The translations under genes were made by a program, and so were the position numbers. A stretch of 63,098 bases of DNA, counting the filler, from Candidatus Tectimicrobiota bacterium (GTDB taxonomy: Bacteria; JACPSX01): assembly GCA_016193065.1 (NCBI GenBank). It is 6 parts of 6 records of this genome, joined end to end, with 100 filler letters (N's around TTAATTAATTAA, not from the genome) between each part and the next. Parts side by side here need not be neighbours in the genome. Positions count along the whole stretch, not along the records: positions 10,068 to 41,001 come from JACPSX010000261.1; 5 more parts are not named here. One strand, given 5' to 3'. Under the pieces are notes generated by a model. It made no database searches. It saw nothing but the letters and a program-made list of their open reading frames with translations, and was not told where the DNA came from. How positions within the stretch are numbered: the stretch's first letter is position 1; every line of letters starts with the position of its first letter. This document shows, piece after piece, positions 17,353-27,306 of the stretch.

Positions 17353-17772
17353 CTACTCGCCGATGATCTTTACGAGCACCCGCTTGCGCCGGCGCCCGTC
17401 AAACTCGCCGTAGAAGATCTGCTCCCAGGGCCCGAAATCCAGCTTGCCGCCGGTAACGGCCACCACGACCTCCCTCCCCATGATCTGACGCTTGAGATGG
17501 GCGTCTCCATTGTCTTCCCCGGTCAAGTTATGGCGATATCGGGAAGTGGGCTCGTGAGGGGCCAGGCCTTCGAGCCAGTCCTCATAATCCCGCAAGAGTC
17601 CCGATTCGTCGTCATTGATGTAAACGCTGGCCGTGATATGCATGGCATTGACCAGGCACAACCCCTCCTTGATCCCGCTCTTCTTCAAGCACGCTTCCAC
17701 CTGGGGGGTGATATTGATAAAGGCCCGCCGGGTGGGAGTGTTAAACCAGAGCTCTTCTCGATAGGTTTTCAT
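17353..17772 (-). CDS. yjbQ: YjbQ/UPF0047 family protein
   Basis: [34 protein letters not shown]. Confidence 0.9.
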   Translation of the reverse strand: MKTYREELWFNTPTRRAFINITPQVEACLKKSGIKEGLCLVNAMHITASVYINDDESGLLRDYEDWLEGLAPHEPTSRYRHNLTGEDNGDAHLKRQIMGREVVVAVTGGKLDFGPWEQIFYGEFDGRRRKRVLVKIIGE

Positions 17773-17887
17773 GCGGACGCACTCCTCTGGCCGCCCAGGC
17801 CCTTTTCAAACTTGCATTTCGGGGAGCTATGCTATAGGATTCTGCTAGTTTGACCTATCCGATAGCGATCCGGCGCCGAATACCCAG

Positions 17888-17962
17888 GGGCGGTTAGTTC
17901 AGGGGGAGAACGCCTGCTTCACACGCAGGAGGCCGTAGGTTCAAATCCTACACCGCCCACCA
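17888..17962 (+). tRNA. tRNA-Val(CAC)
   Basis: Acceptor GGGCGGT/ACCGCCC, anticodon arm CCTGC-TTCACAC-GCAGG, GGTTCAAATCC, encoded CCA. Confidence 0.95.
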
Positions 17963-18061
17963 TCCATCAGGTTCTAATCTCTTCTTTCTAATCCTAGACA
18001 GGGGATAAGTCAACCCCGATCCGAACACAACCACTCAGCCAGCAGAGGCGCTGGCGACAGA

Positions 18062-18143
18062 GGGCACCCACCTGTCTGCGTGCGGACCTGTCTGCCGTGC
18101 GGCACAGGCAGGCACGCACAGGCAGGCGCAGGGGTGCCCCTAC
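18062..18143 (-). repeat. GTAG-class REP interrupted by two nested CCTGTCTG...CAGGCAGG palindromes
   Basis: Removing 18071-18126 restores GTAG-GGGCACCC-CTGCGT-GGGTGCCC on the minus strand. Confidence 0.75.
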
Positions 18144-18157
18144 ATGGTAGTCTTCAG

Positions 18158-18297
18158 TCCGAGGGGGTAGCCCCCGCAAGCGACCTGAGAGGTTGCGAGG
18201 CGAAGACCCACCCGATCCGGCCGAACATCTCTCGTCGCAAGCTCTCCGGGAGCTCAAGGGGGCACTCCCGAGGATCTGAGGAGGGTAGTAATTCCTC
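18158..18297. repeat. Dispersed hairpin repeat family A (diverged copy)
   Basis: TCCGAGGGGGTAGCCCCCG..GGTTGCGAGG..TCGCAAGC..GAGCTCAAGGGGGCAC..CGAGGA similar to 38270-38428. Confidence 0.75.
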
Positions 18298-18370
18298 AAA
18301 ACGGGGTTCACCGCATCCGCTGAATTTGGTATTCTCTGCATAGCAACCCCTCTCTGGAAAAGGAGGAATC

Positions 18371-19072
18371 TTGAGCACAGCACGGACTCTGGATTCTCTA
18401 GCCGAGCTGCGCACAGTGAAGCTCTTTCGAAACCTCTCCACGGAGCAGTTGCGCGCGGTGGCTGCTTCTATGGGGAGAAAGACCATCAAGAAGGGGGAGT
18501 TCCTGTTCACGGAAGGGGAGCCTTCCGACTGGCTCTACCTGGTGATCAAGGGGAAAGTAAAGATTCTCAAGCAATCTTCCCAGAGCAAGGAGATCATCCT
18601 GGAAATCCACGGGTCCGGTGAGTGTCTGGCGGAAATCGCGGTCATCGACGGGAATCCCTATCCCGCAGCGGCCCAGGCGCTTACGGACACGACCGTGTTG
18701 AGCGTTGGGCGCAAAGCCTTTCTGGAGATGCTTGCGGTCCACCCCACTCTCTCCCGGGAGATCATCCTGGGGCTCAGCGCCCGGCTGCGCGAAATCGTCT
18801 CCTCCCTCTCTAGTATCGCCGCCCAGCCCGTCGAGAAACGCCTGGCCCGGGCCCTCCTCAAGCTTGGCGAGCGGGCCGGCATTCCTGACGCCCGGGGGAT
18901 CCTTCTCAACCTCCCTCTGACCCGCCAGGATTTGGCTGACATCATTGGAGCCACTGTAGAAACCGTAATCCGCAGCATGGGAAAGCTGAAAAACCAAGGG
19001 CTCATCACCTGGCAGGGCAAGAGGATCATCCTCCAGAACCCCAAAGGGCTGCAGCACCTGATCAACAGCTAG
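18371..19072 (+). CDS. CRP/FNR family transcriptional regulator
   Basis: cNMP-binding domain (LFTEGE, LYLVIKGKVK) and HTH LTRQDLADIIGATVETVIR; RBS AGGAGG with TTG start. Confidence 0.92.
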   Translation: MSTARTLDSLAELRTVKLFRNLSTEQLRAVAASMGRKTIKKGEFLFTEGEPSDWLYLVIKGKVKILKQSSQSKEIILEIHGSGECLAEIAVIDGNPYPAAAQALTDTTVLSVGRKAFLEMLAVHPTLSREIILGLSARLREIVSSLSSIAAQPVEKRLARALLKLGERAGIPDARGILLNLPLTRQDLADIIGATVETVIRSMGKLKNQGLITWQGKRIILQNPKGLQHLINS

Positions 19073-19175
19073 TACCGTTCCAACTGAATGCGCCGAATTC
19101 GAGCAGCGTGCCTTGCGGCAAAGATTCCAATCGCATGAGACGAGTAAGTCGGTAAAATAGTTGGAACGGGGCTAG
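19069..19175. mobile_element. MITE of about 105 bp, copy 1
   Basis: Terminal inverted repeats CTAGTACCGTTCCAACT / AGTTGGAACGGGGCTAG; interior similar to 61724-61831. Confidence 0.8.
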
Positions 19176-19315
19176 GAGAAATCCGCTCCGATTTGCGCAG
19201 AGTCGTGCTACAATTCGGCTTCCGGCGGCATGGCAACGCGGATTGCTAGCCCCCCATGTGTTGAGAGGAACTTCCAACCGGAATCCCAGCGCTGAACATC
19301 CCGAAGGAGATCTAA

Positions 19316-20338
19316 ATGAAAGATTTCAAAATATTTTCCCCATTACCCGGCATCGTCTGCCTTGTTTTTCTGGTGCTGCACCTGGCTGGAACCCCTCTGA
19401 ACGCTTCCGCAACCGCAGCGGAGCTCGAAAAGCTCAATGTCAGCTATTCCAGTATTGCTGCGGCTTCCGTGTCCACCTGGGTGCCCTGGGAAGCAGGCAT
19501 CTATAAGAAGTATGGTCTCGACGTCAACATCCTCTATGTCGCCGGCTCCAAGGCGATCTCCGCCGTGATCTCCGGGGATACTCCGATCAGCCAGGGATCG
19601 GGTGCCGCGGCCATCCTCGCCCGCCTCAGCGGATCCGATGTGACCCTTATCGGAGCGATCATCAACGTGATTCCCATGAGCCTGGTGACCACGCCGGACA
19701 TTACAGGTCCCCAAGACGTGAAGGGCAAAACCTTCGGTGTCACTCGCTTCGGTTCGCTGACCGACCAGGGATTAAGAAGGGCTATCAGCGAGTGGGGGCT
19801 TGATCCGGCCAAGGACATCAAGATCATCCAGACCGGAGGAGTTCCGGAAAATCTTCTCTTCATGCAGCAGGGGCACATCAAGGGCGCTCTGATTTCCTCG
19901 CCGACCCTGGAGAAGGCCAAAGAGATGGGTTACAGGGAACTCGTGAATCTGGCCGACATCAAATTCCGCTATCCGTCCACCGCGCTGATCACGACCGATT
20001 CGTTCATCAAGAGCCGGCCGCAGACCTTGAAGACTTTCCTCAAGGCAACTCTCGAAGGAATCAAATACGCCAAAACGAACCGCGACTTCACCATCAAGAT
20101 CCTGGGGAAGTATACCCGGACTTCGGACGCCAAGTTACTCGGCAGCGCTTTCCAGAGCTACGTCCTCGGCTACATCCGCAACGTCCCGACCATCACCGCC
20201 ACGGAAATCGAATCCGCGCTGGAAGAGATTGCCGTTAGAAATCCCAAAGCGAAGGGCGCGGAACCCAAGCAATTCTTCGATCCCGCCCCGTTGGATCAAC
20301 TGGCCAAAGAAGGGTTCATCAAGCAACTCCACCCTTGA
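19316..20338 (+). CDS. ABC transporter substrate-binding protein (NMT1/SsuA-like)
   Basis: Signal peptide, GIYKKYGLDV, DVKGKTFGVTRFGS. Confidence 0.85.
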   Translation: MKDFKIFSPLPGIVCLVFLVLHLAGTPLNASATAAELEKLNVSYSSIAAASVSTWVPWEAGIYKKYGLDVNILYVAGSKAISAVISGDTPISQGSGAAAILARLSGSDVTLIGAIINVIPMSLVTTPDITGPQDVKGKTFGVTRFGSLTDQGLRRAISEWGLDPAKDIKIIQTGGVPENLLFMQQGHIKGALISSPTLEKAKEMGYRELVNLADIKFRYPSTALITTDSFIKSRPQTLKTFLKATLEGIKYAKTNRDFTIKILGKYTRTSDAKLLGSAFQSYVLGYIRNVPTITATEIESALEEIAVRNPKAKGAEPKQFFDPAPLDQLAKEGFIKQLHP

Positions 20339-20434
20339 GGACGGCAACCCCACTGGCTGATCCAAGCGGTCCCGATCTTAGACATCAGGGAAGCGTTATA
20401 CCACCAGGACCTCAATCATGCTTGGTTCTCCGCA

Positions 20435-21883
20435 TCACCCCGACCCTTCCCGCAACCGCCGGAAGAGATCGAGGTATTCCCTCGCCGAGCGCTCCCAGGA
20501 ATGATCCGCACTCATTCCGTTGGCGACCAGGCGACCCCATTGCTCGGGACGGCGGTAGGCATCCAGCGCCCGCCGGATGGCCCCCAGGAATGCCTGAGGG
20601 GAATACTCCGAAAAGCGAAACCCGTTGCCGATTCCTGGGGGATCCAGCTCTTGCACGGTATCATCAAGCCCTCCGGTCGCCCGGACTACGGGGACCGTAC
20701 CATACTTCAGGCTGTACATCTGGTTTAAGCCGCAAGGTTCATAGCGGGAAGGCATGAGGAAAAGATCGGCGCCCGCCTCAATCTTGTGGGCCAGGGCGTT
20801 GTCGAAGCGCAGAAACACCCGAACCCCCCGAGAGTGGCGTTTCTGGAGCTGCTCAAACAATTCATGATATTTCTTTTCTCCGGTCCCCAGGAGGACAAAC
20901 TGGACACCGAGCCCCATGAGATCCTCCATGATGGCGGCCAGAAGGTCAAACCCCTTCTGATCTGCCAGTCTGGAGATCACCCCAAGAACGGGGACGTCGG
21001 CCGTTTCAGGAAATCCGCAGACTTGTTGCAGGTCCCGCTTGCATTCTTTCTTGCCGCTGATGTCACTCTTAGAATAATGACGGGCGATGAAGGGATCCGT
21101 TTCGGGATTCCAGTCCGCATAGTCTACTCCATTAAGGATCCCGTACAGGGAACTGGAATGCTCCTGGAGGACTCCCTCCAAACCGAAGCCCTGCTCGGCC
21201 GTGCGGATCTCCTCCGCGTATTTCTTGCTGACCGTGGAAATGGCGTCGGCAAACACCATGCCCCCCTTCAGGAAGTTGATCTTCTCATAAAACTCCAGTT
21301 GCCGGGGATTGAAGTACTCCCAAGGCAGGCTCAAGAGGTGCCAGTCCAGATGCCAAAAGACCCCCTGATAACCCAGGTTGTGGATGGTCATCAGTGTGCG
21401 GACGGAACCAAGCTCAGGATAGGAAGATGCCGATGCTTTCAGGAACACCGGCACCAGGGCTGTTTGCCAGTCGTGGCAGTGCAGAATCTCGGGGGCGCCG
21501 ATCCGCCGCAGGAGCTCCAGAGCCGCCCGGGAGAAAAAAACAAAGCGCTCGGCATTGTCTCCATAGTCCCCCTCCGGGGTCGAGTATAGGTATTCCCGCC
21601 GAAAGTAGCGGTCTGCCTTGATGAAGAAAACTTGCACCCCCTGGCCCACGCGGGCCTGCAGCACCTCCGCCGGCTCCTGTCGATCGCTGATGGGAACCGA
21701 AAAGCGGATGCCGCTGTCCTCCACCGACAAGCGGTCGTACGGAATCACCGAATACGCGGGCAGGACCAGGCGAACCTGAGCCCCTTGTTTTTCCAGCGCC
21801 AGGGGCAGGCTGCCCGCGACGTCCGCCAGCCCACCGGTCTTCGCGAAGGGAACAGCTTCCGGTGAAATTTCCACGATGTCCAT
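20435..21883 (-). CDS. glgA: Glycogen synthase
   Basis: KTGGLADV, HCHDWQT, TIHNLGYQG, PSRYEPCGL, TGGLDDTV. Confidence 0.97.
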   Translation of the reverse strand: MDIVEISPEAVPFAKTGGLADVAGSLPLALEKQGAQVRLVLPAYSVIPYDRLSVEDSGIRFSVPISDRQEPAEVLQARVGQGVQVFFIKADRYFRREYLYSTPEGDYGDNAERFVFFSRAALELLRRIGAPEILHCHDWQTALVPVFLKASASSYPELGSVRTLMTIHNLGYQGVFWHLDWHLLSLPWEYFNPRQLEFYEKINFLKGGMVFADAISTVSKKYAEEIRTAEQGFGLEGVLQEHSSSLYGILNGVDYADWNPETDPFIARHYSKSDISGKKECKRDLQQVCGFPETADVPVLGVISRLADQKGFDLLAAIMEDLMGLGVQFVLLGTGEKKYHELFEQLQKRHSRGVRVFLRFDNALAHKIEAGADLFLMPSRYEPCGLNQMYSLKYGTVPVVRATGGLDDTVQELDPPGIGNGFRFSEYSPQAFLGAIRRALDAYRRPEQWGRLVANGMSADHSWERSAREYLDLFRRLREGSG

Positions 21884-22041
21884 GAGTCGCCTCCTTATGA
21901 CGCCACTTTGACCGCCTGCGGGTTGCTCTCCGTAGGATGATTGCTGGGGCCGGTCCGCCCGGATCTGCTTTCTGCCTCGGGATCGGGCGTTTCTTCAATC
22001 TCCTTGATCCAAATCTCGTTACCGAACCTGCTGCTGGAAGA

Positions 22042-22282
22042 GACCGGGTGTGCCCCGCAGGGCGACTTAAAGTTTTGCAGGCGCCGCACCCACGAAGATC
22101 TGAACCCCTCGCACGCGAAAAACAACCGATCCTAAATCGCCCTCTCGTGCAAAAGTTTACTGGAGCCCCAAGGGGCACCCCGGTCTCCCATCTCATTATC
22201 TTGCCGCAAGCCGTTCGGGAGCCGGGTACCCATCCTGGGTGTGGGCGCCCCCGAGGGCTTGAGGAGGGTAGCAACTCATAGG
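22042..22282. repeat. Composite family A repeat (variant hairpin plus half copy with a GGGTACCC insert)
   Basis: GACCGGGTGTGCCCC...GGGGCACCCCGGTC followed by GCAAGCCGTTCGGGAGCC-GGGTACCCATCCTGGGTGT-GGGCGCCCCCGAGG. Confidence 0.7.
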
Positions 22283-22317
22283 CTCCGCCGGACGGCCGCT
22301 GGCGGGAATTCGCAGGG

Positions 22318-23763
22318 CTACTGGCTGCGGCGGGAGTCCCAGCAGCAGGGAATTGCCTGCAGAGCCGCCGCGCTGACATAATCCTCGATCCGGGCCGCCT
22401 TCAGGGCTTCGGCCGGTACCCGGGTGCGGGACGCAAAGGGGCGCCCCTTGGGCATCGTGGCGTCGATGATCATCTTCGATGTGGCCGTCTCACGAGTTAC
22501 GGAGGGATCCAGCGGGCTGCCCTTCGCGTCGCGGATGATATCCACGGCCTCATGGGGCTGGCAGCGAGTGGCCACCGCCCATAGCACCTCCTGCTCGTTA
22601 AAGGGATCGATGTCCGCGTCTACGACAATGACGTTCTTGATGAAGTCGCAACTGGCCAGTGCCATGAGGGCCGCCTGACGGGCCTGACCCTCGGCTTGCT
22701 TCTCAATGGAGACGTAGCAGTTGAGGCGGCAATTCCCCGAGAAGGCAAAGTGAACGCCGCGCACGGAGGGGACAACCCCACGAATCGCATTGAAAACATC
22801 CCCCTCCTTGGGGATCCCCCCCAGAATCCAGTTCTCCCGATGGGAGACGAAAATATCCTGAAAGCAGGCCTGGCGCCGGTGCGTGATCGCCTTGACCTCC
22901 ACGACCGCGGAAAGCCTCTGCGGCCCGTAGTATCCGGTCCACTCTCCGAAGGGTGCTTCAATCTCACGGAGCCCGGGAGGGACTTCCCCCTCGATGATCA
23001 GGTCCGCATCCGCGGGCACCCAGAAGTCCTCCCCCCAGGTCGCGGAAGGTGTGATGCGCAGAGCGGATCCCGACACTCCCCCGACCACCTCGTAATCATC
23101 GGTGCCGAAGGGTTGCACGTTCAGGCAGCCCAGAAAAAAGAGCGGATGGTGGCTCACCACGATGGCCACCGGAGCGGGTTCCCGCCGCTCATGATAGCGC
23201 TTGCACAACTGCCAGCTATGGCGCGGAGCCATGTAGAGCCCCAGCCGTCGGGGCCCTTTGTACATGTTTCTCTGGAAAGCCAGGTTGTAAAAGGGGTGTT
23301 CCGGATCCCTGAAGACGGTCACCATATCCACATAGGGGGCAGGATCCATCTCGTGGTGCCGGACCAGAGGCAGGTCACGGAGGTCCGCATCTTCGCCGGT
23401 CCGAACGACCTCATGGACAGGAGCATCCTCACCGGCCAGCTTGCCGGGAGGGAGACGGCGCTGCAGCCGGCCGGCGAAGTCGAGGCTCAATGCCAGCCCG
23501 GCGCTTTCGGGCTCCAATCCCATGGCAATTGCGCACTTCTCCCGGGTGGCAAACACGTTCGTGACCAGGGGGAAAGAAGAGACTTCCCCCCGCAGGTTGC
23601 GCGCCGAGCGAAACAGAACCAGGGGAAATTGCCCCCGGGATTCCAGGTGGCCCAGCAGCGCCGTAACTTGGAAGCTCCCGGGGGAGACGGGCCGGTCGAC
23701 CTCTAAAATCTCCCCAGGGTGCTCTCTCTGCAGATGCCGGAGAAAATCAGCCAGACTGTCCAT
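22318..23763 (-). CDS. UbiD family (prFMN-dependent) decarboxylase
   Basis: EAPFGEWTGYY, VPADADLIIEG, IVVDADIDP...VLWAVATR, LDPS, KMIIDAT. Confidence 0.9.
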   Translation of the reverse strand: MDSLADFLRHLQREHPGEILEVDRPVSPGSFQVTALLGHLESRGQFPLVLFRSARNLRGEVSSFPLVTNVFATREKCAIAMGLEPESAGLALSLDFAGRLQRRLPPGKLAGEDAPVHEVVRTGEDADLRDLPLVRHHEMDPAPYVDMVTVFRDPEHPFYNLAFQRNMYKGPRRLGLYMAPRHSWQLCKRYHERREPAPVAIVVSHHPLFFLGCLNVQPFGTDDYEVVGGVSGSALRITPSATWGEDFWVPADADLIIEGEVPPGLREIEAPFGEWTGYYGPQRLSAVVEVKAITHRRQACFQDIFVSHRENWILGGIPKEGDVFNAIRGVVPSVRGVHFAFSGNCRLNCYVSIEKQAEGQARQAALMALASCDFIKNVIVVDADIDPFNEQEVLWAVATRCQPHEAVDIIRDAKGSPLDPSVTRETATSKMIIDATMPKGRPFASRTRVPAEALKAARIEDYVSAAALQAIPCCWDSRRSQ

Positions 23764-23781
23764 GAGCACTCCCCTCCGGAG

Positions 23782-24756
23782 TCATTTCAAGAAGCGTGTG
23801 TCCACCAGATCCTCGGGTCTGGCTGCCGGAGCCTGGGGAAAATCGCTCTTGGCCGACTCCAGAACCGCCGCGATCCCTTGCAGATCAACGCGAAAGTCCC
23901 GCTCGAGGACCGGAACCTCCGCGTTGTAGGCCAGCTCCAGCGTCTTCACGTCCCGGATCTGGGTGTTCTTGGCAATAATCCCCATAGCCACCTCCTTCCG
24001 GGTAAAGAGAAACTGCGCGGCTTCCCGGATGGCATCCACGAATCCCTGCAGAATGTCCTGACGCTTGGCGATCGTGTCTCGGGTCGTGGCCAGTGCGGTG
24101 GCAGCATAGGGGATCCTGAGAGCCGTGCCGTCGGCGATGAGCCGGAAGCCTTTCTGGATGACCTGAGTATCCTGCGGAGGGATGACGGCAATCGCGTCCA
24201 CGGCGCCGGAGGCCATGGCGGCCACGCTTTCCAACTGCCCCCCGGTCTGGATAAAGCTCACATCCCGGCCAGCATCCAGGTTAAAGCGCTTGAGAATCTC
24301 CACGGCCAGAAAATGGGGATTACTGCCGACCCGCACGACGCCGATTTTTTTCCCTTTCAGATCGGGCACCGTCCGCAGTTCAGGTTTGCCCACGATGCTG
24401 CCGGTGAGGACGTTTTTCAAAGCCCCGATAAACACCAGATTTCTCGCCCCCCCCAGGTAGGCTCGAATAATCCCCACACCCCCGATGAGGGCCACGTCGG
24501 CTCCGCCGGCCAGGAGCGTGGCCACCACCGGAGGAGCTCCGCCGATGTACGTGAGTCGCACGTCCAATCCCCGTTTCTCGAAAAACCCCTGCTCGATGGC
24601 AATCCACACCGGAGATTGAGAAATGACCTTGGCCGAGTAGACGATGGAGATCTTCGATGCAGCCAGCCCCGGTGAACTGGCAAACCCGATGACCGCCAAC
24701 CAGACGAGCAGGCCGACCAGGGGCATATGAAAGCGCCGCAGCTTTCCCCTCTCCAT
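23782..24756 (-). CDS. ABC transporter substrate-binding protein (NMT1/SsuA-like)
   Basis: Signal peptide, WIAIEQGFFEKRGLDV, DLKGKKIGV. Confidence 0.85.
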   Translation of the reverse strand: MERGKLRRFHMPLVGLLVWLAVIGFASSPGLAASKISIVYSAKVISQSPVWIAIEQGFFEKRGLDVRLTYIGGAPPVVATLLAGGADVALIGGVGIIRAYLGGARNLVFIGALKNVLTGSIVGKPELRTVPDLKGKKIGVVRVGSNPHFLAVEILKRFNLDAGRDVSFIQTGGQLESVAAMASGAVDAIAVIPPQDTQVIQKGFRLIADGTALRIPYAATALATTRDTIAKRQDILQGFVDAIREAAQFLFTRKEVAMGIIAKNTQIRDVKTLELAYNAEVPVLERDFRVDLQGIAAVLESAKSDFPQAPAARPEDLVDTRFLK

Positions 24757-24808
24757 AACTCCTCCTTTGCCGACTCCAGGCCGGCTGTTGAGAGATACCC
24801 CCACCTCT

Positions 24809-25567
24809 TCAGCCCATGAGGGACAAATACCAGAAGATAATCACCTTGCCGTAAAACAATGCGCCCACAGCTCCCAGCGCCAGAAAAGGACCAAACGGGA
24901 TCATGTCCTTGCGTCCTTTGAGCCCTAGAATGAGGAGAGCAATGGCCACCAGAGAGCCCAGCAGGATTCCAGCAAAAATCGTTACCAGGGTCAACTGCCA
25001 GCCCACAAAGGCTCCGATCATAGCGATCAGCTTGATGTCCCCGCCCCCCATTCCGCCGCGGCTCACCAGCGCAATCAGGTAGAAAAGCCCTCCCCCCAAC
25101 AGAACTCCCAGGAGGAGGTCCAGAACATGGTTCATCGACACCAGGAAACCGAACAAGAGGCCAACGGCAATCCCGGGCAGCGTAATCATATCGGGGACGA
25201 GCTTATGTTCCAGGTCGATGAAGCTGACGACCACCAGAGCGCTCAGAAGGACCGCGGCCTCCACCCCCTGCCATGTGGGGCCTAATTTCCGGTAGACCAG
25301 CAAAAAAAGGACGCCGGTGAGCAGCTCAACCAGAGGGTAACGTACGCTGATGGGTTCCCGGCAGCGTGCGCAACGGCCGCGCAGGAACAGATAACTCAGG
25401 ATGGGGACGTTCTGGTGGGGCAAGATCGCGGCATTGCAGCGGGGGCAGTGGGAAGCCGGAGCGATGAGCGATTGCCGGCGGGGCAGGCGGAAGATACACA
25501 CGTTGGCAAAGCTGCCGATGGTCGTTCCCAGGACAAAGGCTCCCAGCAAAGGGAGTAGCTCCGTCAC
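24809..25567 (-). CDS. pilD: Prepilin peptidase / N-methyltransferase
   Basis: GSFANVCIFRLP, two CxxC motifs, FIDLEH, GMGGGDIKL, IPFGPFL. Confidence 0.95.
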   Translation of the reverse strand: MTELLPLLGAFVLGTTIGSFANVCIFRLPRRQSLIAPASHCPRCNAAILPHQNVPILSYLFLRGRCARCREPISVRYPLVELLTGVLFLLVYRKLGPTWQGVEAAVLLSALVVVSFIDLEHKLVPDMITLPGIAVGLLFGFLVSMNHVLDLLLGVLLGGGLFYLIALVSRGGMGGGDIKLIAMIGAFVGWQLTLVTIFAGILLGSLVAIALLILGLKGRKDMIPFGPFLALGAVGALFYGKVIIFWYLSLMG

Positions 25568-26037
25568 TGAACCTCCTCGATCACATGCTGCGCCAGCTCG
25601 TAGGAGAAACCCCGCCCGATCAGAAAGCGAAAGAGTCTCTCTCGGACTTTCTCGGGGGAACCTGCACGGCTACTCTTCAACTTCTTGCGGGCCGCTTCCA
25701 GGGCCATCTCGTGCTCCCGGTTCTCGTCCATCGATTCCCTCACGATCGCTGTTGCCAGGGCCTCCCCCAGCCCCCGGCGGATCAGCTCCTGGCGCAGGAG
25801 CCGGGCTCCCATGGGTTTTCTCTCCAGGCAGTCACGCGCCCACTGGCGCCCGAACGCCTCGTCGTCCAGGTATCCGGCTTCCTCCAGGTAAGAGCTGACC
25901 CTGCGCATCAGAGACGGTTCGAAGCGGGCCTTGTGCAGCCGCTGTTCGACCTCGAACCGGCTGCGGGCCCGCCGAGCCAGGTAGCGCACCGCAGTTTCCA
26001 GGGCCGCTTTCCAGCGGCTCTCTTCCTCTTCCACCAT
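25564..26037 (-). CDS. recX: Regulatory protein RecX
   Basis: YLARRARS..EV..RL, GYLDDEAF, LIGRGF; downstream of recA; start uncertain. Confidence 0.9.
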   Translation of the reverse strand: MVEEEESRWKAALETAVRYLARRARSRFEVEQRLHKARFEPSLMRRVSSYLEEAGYLDDEAFGRQWARDCLERKPMGARLLRQELIRRGLGEALATAIVRESMDENREHEMALEAARKKLKSSRAGSPEKVRERLFRFLIGRGFSYELAQHVIEEVQ

Positions 26038-26043
26038 TTCACC

Positions 26044-26198
26044 TAACCCCAATCCGAAATTCCCCATCAGGATCATTCGGAATTGGCCCGCGGGTGGCGT
26101 CGGGGATGCCTCCGCAGAGCCGCGCGAAAGTGGGACCCTCGTCAGGGTGACGTAGCGCGGCTCGAGGAGGCGCCCCGGCGACAGGACCTGCGGGCCAA
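26044..26198. repeat. Dispersed hairpin repeat family B, copy 2
   Basis: Nested stems TTGGCCCGCGGGT/ACCTGCGGGCCAA, GCCTCC/GGAGGC, GAGCCGCGC/GCGCGGCTC. Confidence 0.85.
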
Positions 26199-26237
26199 CG
26201 GCGCGAGTCAACCAGGTTGGTTTTCTTCGGATTAGGG

Positions 26238-27269
26238 CTAAGATTCTGCCCCTGTTCCCACCGAAGCGCGAGTCATTCCAAGTTTTTGCCGCAACTCCTT
26301 CTCGATCTCGCCGGCCGCGGCCGGATTCTCCCGCAGGAATTTCTTGGCGTTCTCCCTCCCCTGCCCGATCCTCTCGTCCCGGTACGAGTACCAGGCCCCG
26401 CTCTTGGCGATGATCCCGTTATCCACACCGAGATCCGCCAGATCCCCCTCCCGGGAAATCCCTTCGCCGTAAATGATGTCAAAGCTCGCCTGCTTGAAGG
26501 GAGGAGCCACTTTGTTCTTGACGACCTTCACCCGGGTGCGGCTGCCGATCACGTCTTCCCCTTCCTTGATGGACTCCAAGCGACGGATATCCATGCGGAC
26601 GGAGGCGTAGAACTTGAGGGCGTTGCCCCCCGTCGTGGTCTCCGGGTTCCCGAACATGACACCGATCTTTTGCCGGATCTGGTTAACGAAAATGACGCTG
26701 GTGCGGGATTTGCTGATGATGGCGGTGAGCTTGCGCAAAGCTTGTGACATGAGCCGGGCCTGGAGCCCCATGTGGGCGTCTCCCATTTCCCCGTCAATCT
26801 CCGCCTTCGGCACCAGGGCCGCCACCGAATCGATGACGATGACGTCCACCGCGCCGCTGCGCACCAGGACCTCGGCAATTTCCAGAGCTTGTTCCCCCGT
26901 ATCGGGCTGTGAAATGAGCAGGTCGTCGGTGTTTACGCCCAGGTTCCGGGCGTAAGACGGATCCAGGGCATGCTCGGCGTCAATGAACGCCGCCACGCCG
27001 CCGGACTTCTGAGCTTCGGCAATGATGTGCAGGGTCAGGGTGGTTTTCCCGGAGGATTCGGGTCCGAAGATCTCCGCCACCCGGCCGCGCGGAATCCCCC
27101 CGACTCCCAACGCCGCATCCAGGGAGATGGAGCCGGTGGGAATTACAGCCACATCGGCCAGGGCATCCTCGGAACCCAGTCGCATGATTGCCCCTTTACC
27201 GAATTGGCGCTCGATCTGACTGAAGGCCAGGTCCAGGGCTTTCTTCTTGTTTTCCTTGGTGGCGTCCAT
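26238..27269 (-). CDS. recA: Recombinase RecA
   Basis: [33 protein letters not shown]. Confidence 0.99.
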   Translation of the reverse strand: MDATKENKKKALDLAFSQIERQFGKGAIMRLGSEDALADVAVIPTGSISLDAALGVGGIPRGRVAEIFGPESSGKTTLTLHIIAEAQKSGGVAAFIDAEHALDPSYARNLGVNTDDLLISQPDTGEQALEIAEVLVRSGAVDVIVIDSVAALVPKAEIDGEMGDAHMGLQARLMSQALRKLTAIISKSRTSVIFVNQIRQKIGVMFGNPETTTGGNALKFYASVRMDIRRLESIKEGEDVIGSRTRVKVVKNKVAPPFKQASFDIIYGEGISREGDLADLGVDNGIIAKSGAWYSYRDERIGQGRENAKKFLRENPAAAGEIEKELRQKLGMTRASVGTGAES

Positions 27270-27306
27270 TGCATTGTTCTCCTAAGACTCCCCCGCCGTT
27301 AATGCC

